Source: Negaprion brevirostris
Lineage: Eukaryota
Assembly: GCA_030324005.1 (NCBI GenBank)
Contig: JARDVH010000025.1
Span: 83,635,521-83,699,520 of the forward strand
DNA length: 64,000 nucleotides
Direction: 5' to 3'
Shown here: positions 63,362 through 64,000 of the stretch, piece by piece
How positions within the stretch are numbered: position 1 is the first letter of the stretch
Layout of the letters: the number at the start of each line of letters is the position of its first letter
The notes under the pieces: generated by a model
Told to the model about the DNA's origin: nothing
The model's input: the letters and a program-made list of their open reading frames with translations, nothing else
Database searches by the model: none
Program-made: the position numbers and the translations under genes

Positions 63362-64000
63362 AATTGGATCACGATCTTCCTGTAATTAGTTTTTTTTAGA
63401 GAGGATGAGGGGCAGCGTGGTGGGGAGGGGTTGAGTTTTGCTCTGGTTTAGAGAGGGGAGTGACCTAAGCTTCAGAGATATTGTGCCCCGATCGCAGTGA
63501 AACTGAAACCACATCCCCCCCCTCCCACGTACATCGGGGATACCCCCTTCACCAAGATATATTTAGCCTGCCAAGGAATATGGCTGACTGCATCATGTGA
63601 TCAGCTGCGACAGTGCTGGTCATGGTGACAGCATGTTCCTGCCATAGCTCCTCCTCAACTCCCAGCTCACTCTCTTCCTGTTATCTGACACAAAGTTCAA
63701 GTAGCAGTTAGTATAGCCGTGAACATCCAGCTTTCCACTCCATCCAGCTATCCTCTTCTCATCCACCGCTCTCAGGTACCCAAGGCCTGTCATTAGCAAA
63801 GACACAGCCATCCCTGGAGGATGAGAGAGAATAATAATACACCACTGATGAAGAAACATTTTCATTACAGCATCCAGCTCAGACACGACCATCTCAGAAG
63901 GTATAACAGAGTTTGGATCTTCACTTGCTGAGCTACCAGGCACAAGTTGTATTGCAGCCACGCCAGGAGGTATGGATGGTGTGTATGTCAAATCCCCAGA

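Noticed and set aside
63620-63991. 123-aa minus-strand ORF at the window end
   Set aside because: No recognisable motif; may be transposon debris but cannot be assigned.
1-64000. CRISPR arrays, operons, rRNA or intact tRNA genes
   Set aside because: Eukaryotic intron-containing locus with no regularly spaced repeats; tRNA-like boxes all belong to SINE heads.

Overview
AT-rich vertebrate genomic DNA, very probably from a shark or ray (inferred from HE1/V-SINE, Deu-SINE, CR1 and Penelope repeats). The only host protein-coding gene I can support is a + strand CYRI/FAM49 gene (CYRIA/FAM49A type). It has 10 coding exons from 882 to 13900, all GT-AG, which splice into an intact 325-aa ORF, followed by a probable ~3.3 kb 3' UTR. 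The remaining ~47 kb is intergenic and holds CR1 and L2 LINE fragments, tRNA-derived SINEs, Penelope-like remnants with minimal hammerhead ribozyme cores, one internally deleted Gypsy LTR element and many N gaps. Nearly all ORFs in the supplied track are spurious or retroelement debris. The most unusual structure is at ~23450-24350: four U2 snRNA 5' fragments, a ~200-nt U2-headed, A-tailed, highly structured SINE-like element, and an internally deleted copy of it inserted antisense into a U2 fragment with an apparent target-site duplication, flanked by two Tx1-like LINE 3' ends. This suggests a U2-derived, U2-targeting non-autonomous retroelement system. Family names come from remembered consensus sequences, not database searches.
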